Of a stretch of 41,570 bases of DNA, positions 39,581 to 41,570 are shown piece by piece (positions within the stretch are counted from its first letter, which is position 1; every line of letters starts with the position of its first letter). Both the position numbers and the translations under genes were made by a program. Below the pieces are notes generated by a model. It searched no databases and had not been told where the DNA came from. It saw only the letters and a program-made list of their open reading frames with translations. Where the stretch lies: assembly GCA_002633005.1 (NCBI GenBank), contig NMRA01000891.1:1-41570 (forward strand), given 5' to 3'. Source of the DNA: Phoronis australis (taxonomy: Eukaryota; Animalia; Phoronida).

Positions 39581-40229
39581 GGCTAAAACACGCCAAGGTT
39601 GAACGGTCTTTGTTCTTCGTGTACTATGATATAATAGCAGTGAACTGCATTGTGGGATATGATCTGGTTAGTGTTCCCCAACACCACGTCACGGTGTCAA
39701 AGGTCAACTTTTCGCGCATTTTCTTATTTTCGCTTTTTTAAATAACAAAAGATACAATAATACGATGATTTGACTAAAATACATCCAAATAGCAATACCT
39801 TGAAGATATTAATGCAATTTAACATACTTGGACCTTGCAAATTGCACTTTAAGCGTCGAAGAGCAACGGAAGATTTTGTCAGAAAAGAGGTTATGATTTG
39901 CATGTGTTCAGGATGGCCATGAGTCAATGAGTTAATCCACAAAAGCGCCAGTGTAAAAGTTGCCTGCAATTACATACTACACGCGGAAGGGTTCAACGCC
40001 AACACAAATCATAAGACATTAGCAGACAAACTTGAAGCTAGCACATGCCATTTGAAATATTCTGACAGCATGGTCATATTTCAAGTCATATTGCCAGTGT
40101 TGGAGTCCAGTTGGAGTCCAATTTCAAAGGAAGCTGTGTAGATACTGTTCCTAACGAACGCGGGCCTTCCACGGACAATCAGCGTTTATGGGGATGGTGG
40201 AGTGATTGTTTCAAAAACATCCCTTACAA

Positions 40230-40672
40230 AAATGAACTTAAGTTTTTCGCTGAAAACTTAAGTTTTTGGCGAAAAAACTTAAGTTTTTGTAAAATAACTT
40301 AAGATTTAGCGGAAAATATTAAATTCTTCCGAAAAACTTAATTTTTTAAAAGAAACTTAAGTTTTTAAAACTTAAGTTTTTCAGCACAATGTTAAGTTTT
40401 TCAGAAAACTTAAGTTTTTCAGAAAACTTAAGTTTTTTCAAGTGTAAAACTTAAGTTTTCACAAATAAACTTAAATTTCAAGTGATAACTTAAGTTTTCA
40501 TGAAAACTTAAGTTTTTTGTACTAACAAAACTTAAGTTTTCTCTCATAACTTAAGTTAATCACAAAACTTAAGTTTTTGTAATTTTAAAAACTTAAGTTT
40601 TCCTGACTTCTTAAGTTTTTCAGAAAACTGGATTTTTTTCATTTGTGGAAAACTTGAATTTTCTAAAAACTT
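40230..40672. repeat. Array of palindromic AAAACTTAAGTTTT motifs, probably a MITE or foldback interior
   Basis: About 20 perfect or degenerate copies at irregular 14-30-bp spacing. Confidence 0.9.
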
Positions 40673-40888
40673 TAAGGCTGCTTTGTGATGAAAATTTACG
40701 TTTCAAGTTTTTAAAATTTAAATATTGTGTGATCTATTTAATTTTTGGTTCGAAATTTTTCCCATTATTTTCCAACAAAAAATATTGTTTGCTAATGCAA
40801 AACCCATCATCTCAAAAAAATGTTGCCCGAATGTTTCCTTAGCATTTATATAGATACAAATACCATAAAACGACGAACATTTAACCAG

Positions 40889-41570
40889 GGCCCGGTTGCA
40901 TAAAACTTGCTATCCGGCGTATAAGGCCTTATACGCCGGATAAGTCCTTATCCGGCGTATAACTTTTTATACGCCGGATAAGTTGGGTTGCATAAAAATC
41001 GTATAGAGTTATCCGCCGTATAACTCACACTATCCGCCGTATAAAGTTACCCGACCATCAGACCTCGGATAACTCAATCAAAATGAATGCACTGTATAGA
41101 TTTAGACCAAGGCTGAGGCAATTTGAAAGAGAAGTTACTGATCCCCTCAACAAGTACACGGATGAAGAGCTGAGAGGGAAGTTTCGCTTTGGGCGAGAAG
41201 CCATCCGTTTTATTTGTGGGCTAGTAGACGAAGATGTTAAGCCTGCCACAAGAAGAAATTTCTCAGTGTCAACCCTGATTCAAGTGTTGGTATGCCTGAG
41301 GTACCTGGCAACTGGCAGCTTCATGAACGTTGTCGGTGACACGTTCCACAGTCTGCACAAGTCAACTGTTAGTCGAATTGTGTCACGCGTCACCTCTGCA
41401 ATTGTTCAACATTTAAACAGATTTGTAACATTTCCCACAACCCCACAGAGGCTCAACGAGATAAAGGCCGGTTTCTACAGAATGGCTCGATTTCCCGGGG
41501 TAATAGGTTGTGTTGATGGAACACATGTCAAGATAATTGCACCAACCGAGAACGAGCCCGACTTCGTGAA
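40889..41570 (+). mobile_element. Left part of a PIF/Harbinger DNA transposon
   Basis: CAG (candidate 3-bp TSD) then GGCCCGGTTGCATAAAA terminus, subterminal TATCCGGCGTATAA repeats, then the transposase ORF. Confidence 0.9.
41083..41570 (+). CDS. Harbinger DDE transposase (HARBI1-like), N-terminal 162 aa, runs off the window
   Basis: Uninterrupted MNALYRF..KFRFGRE..LRYLATGSF..KSTVSRIV..FPGVIGCVDGTHV; absent from the ORF track, presumably because no stop lies in the window. Confidence 0.95.
   Translation, partial: MNALYRFRPRLRQFEREVTDPLNKYTDEELRGKFRFGREAIRFICGLVDEDVKPATRRNFSVSTLIQVLVCLRYLATGSFMNVVGDTFHSLHKSTVSRIVSRVTSAIVQHLNRFVTFPTTPQRLNEIKAGFYRMARFPGVIGCVDGTHVKIIAPTENEPDFV

Larger units (their letters stand above)
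35101..39848. mobile_element. Decayed, probably internally deleted Kolobok transposon (THAP exon plus convergent KolX gene)
   Basis: TIRs AGAGGAAATTGCAAGGTCCAA (35101-35121) and TTGGACCTTGCAAATTGCACT (39828-39848), 18/21 match; TTAA at 35097-35100 and 39849-39852; the internal gene relics match Kolobok layout. Confidence 0.9.

Noticed and set aside
40230-41044. CRISPR-like array
   Set aside because: Repeats are 14 bp with irregular, non-unique spacers; eukaryotic transposon context and no cas genes.
41083-41570. Domesticated HARBI1 gene
   Set aside because: Directly preceded by a transposon terminus and subterminal repeats.

Overview
AT-rich eukaryotic DNA, most likely from an invertebrate animal (inferred from spliceosomal introns and the transposon families), in a draft assembly with one 527-nt gap and five single-N joins. 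Most ORFs in the supplied track are spurious. Host-gene material lies on the minus strand: two fibronectin type-III exons (16232-15982, 14796-14548) and three tandemly amplified 135-nt Ser/Thr-rich exons in a ~1.25-kb repeat (5422-9220), suggesting an FN3/mucin-stalk surface protein or its pseudogene. The rest is mostly transposons: two CR1/L2-type LINE relics, a duplicated dead hAT, MITEs with 5-bp and 6-bp target duplications, and the 5' part of an apparently intact Harbinger. The most notable structure is two different TTAA-flanked Kolobok-type elements abutting at one shared TTAA (33002-35096 and 35101-39848). The second carries a decayed THAP exon and a convergent, spliced gene for a P2X7-ballast-like (KolX) protein, neither visible in the ORF track. 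I found no clearly novel system; all calls are by eye, without alignments or database searches.
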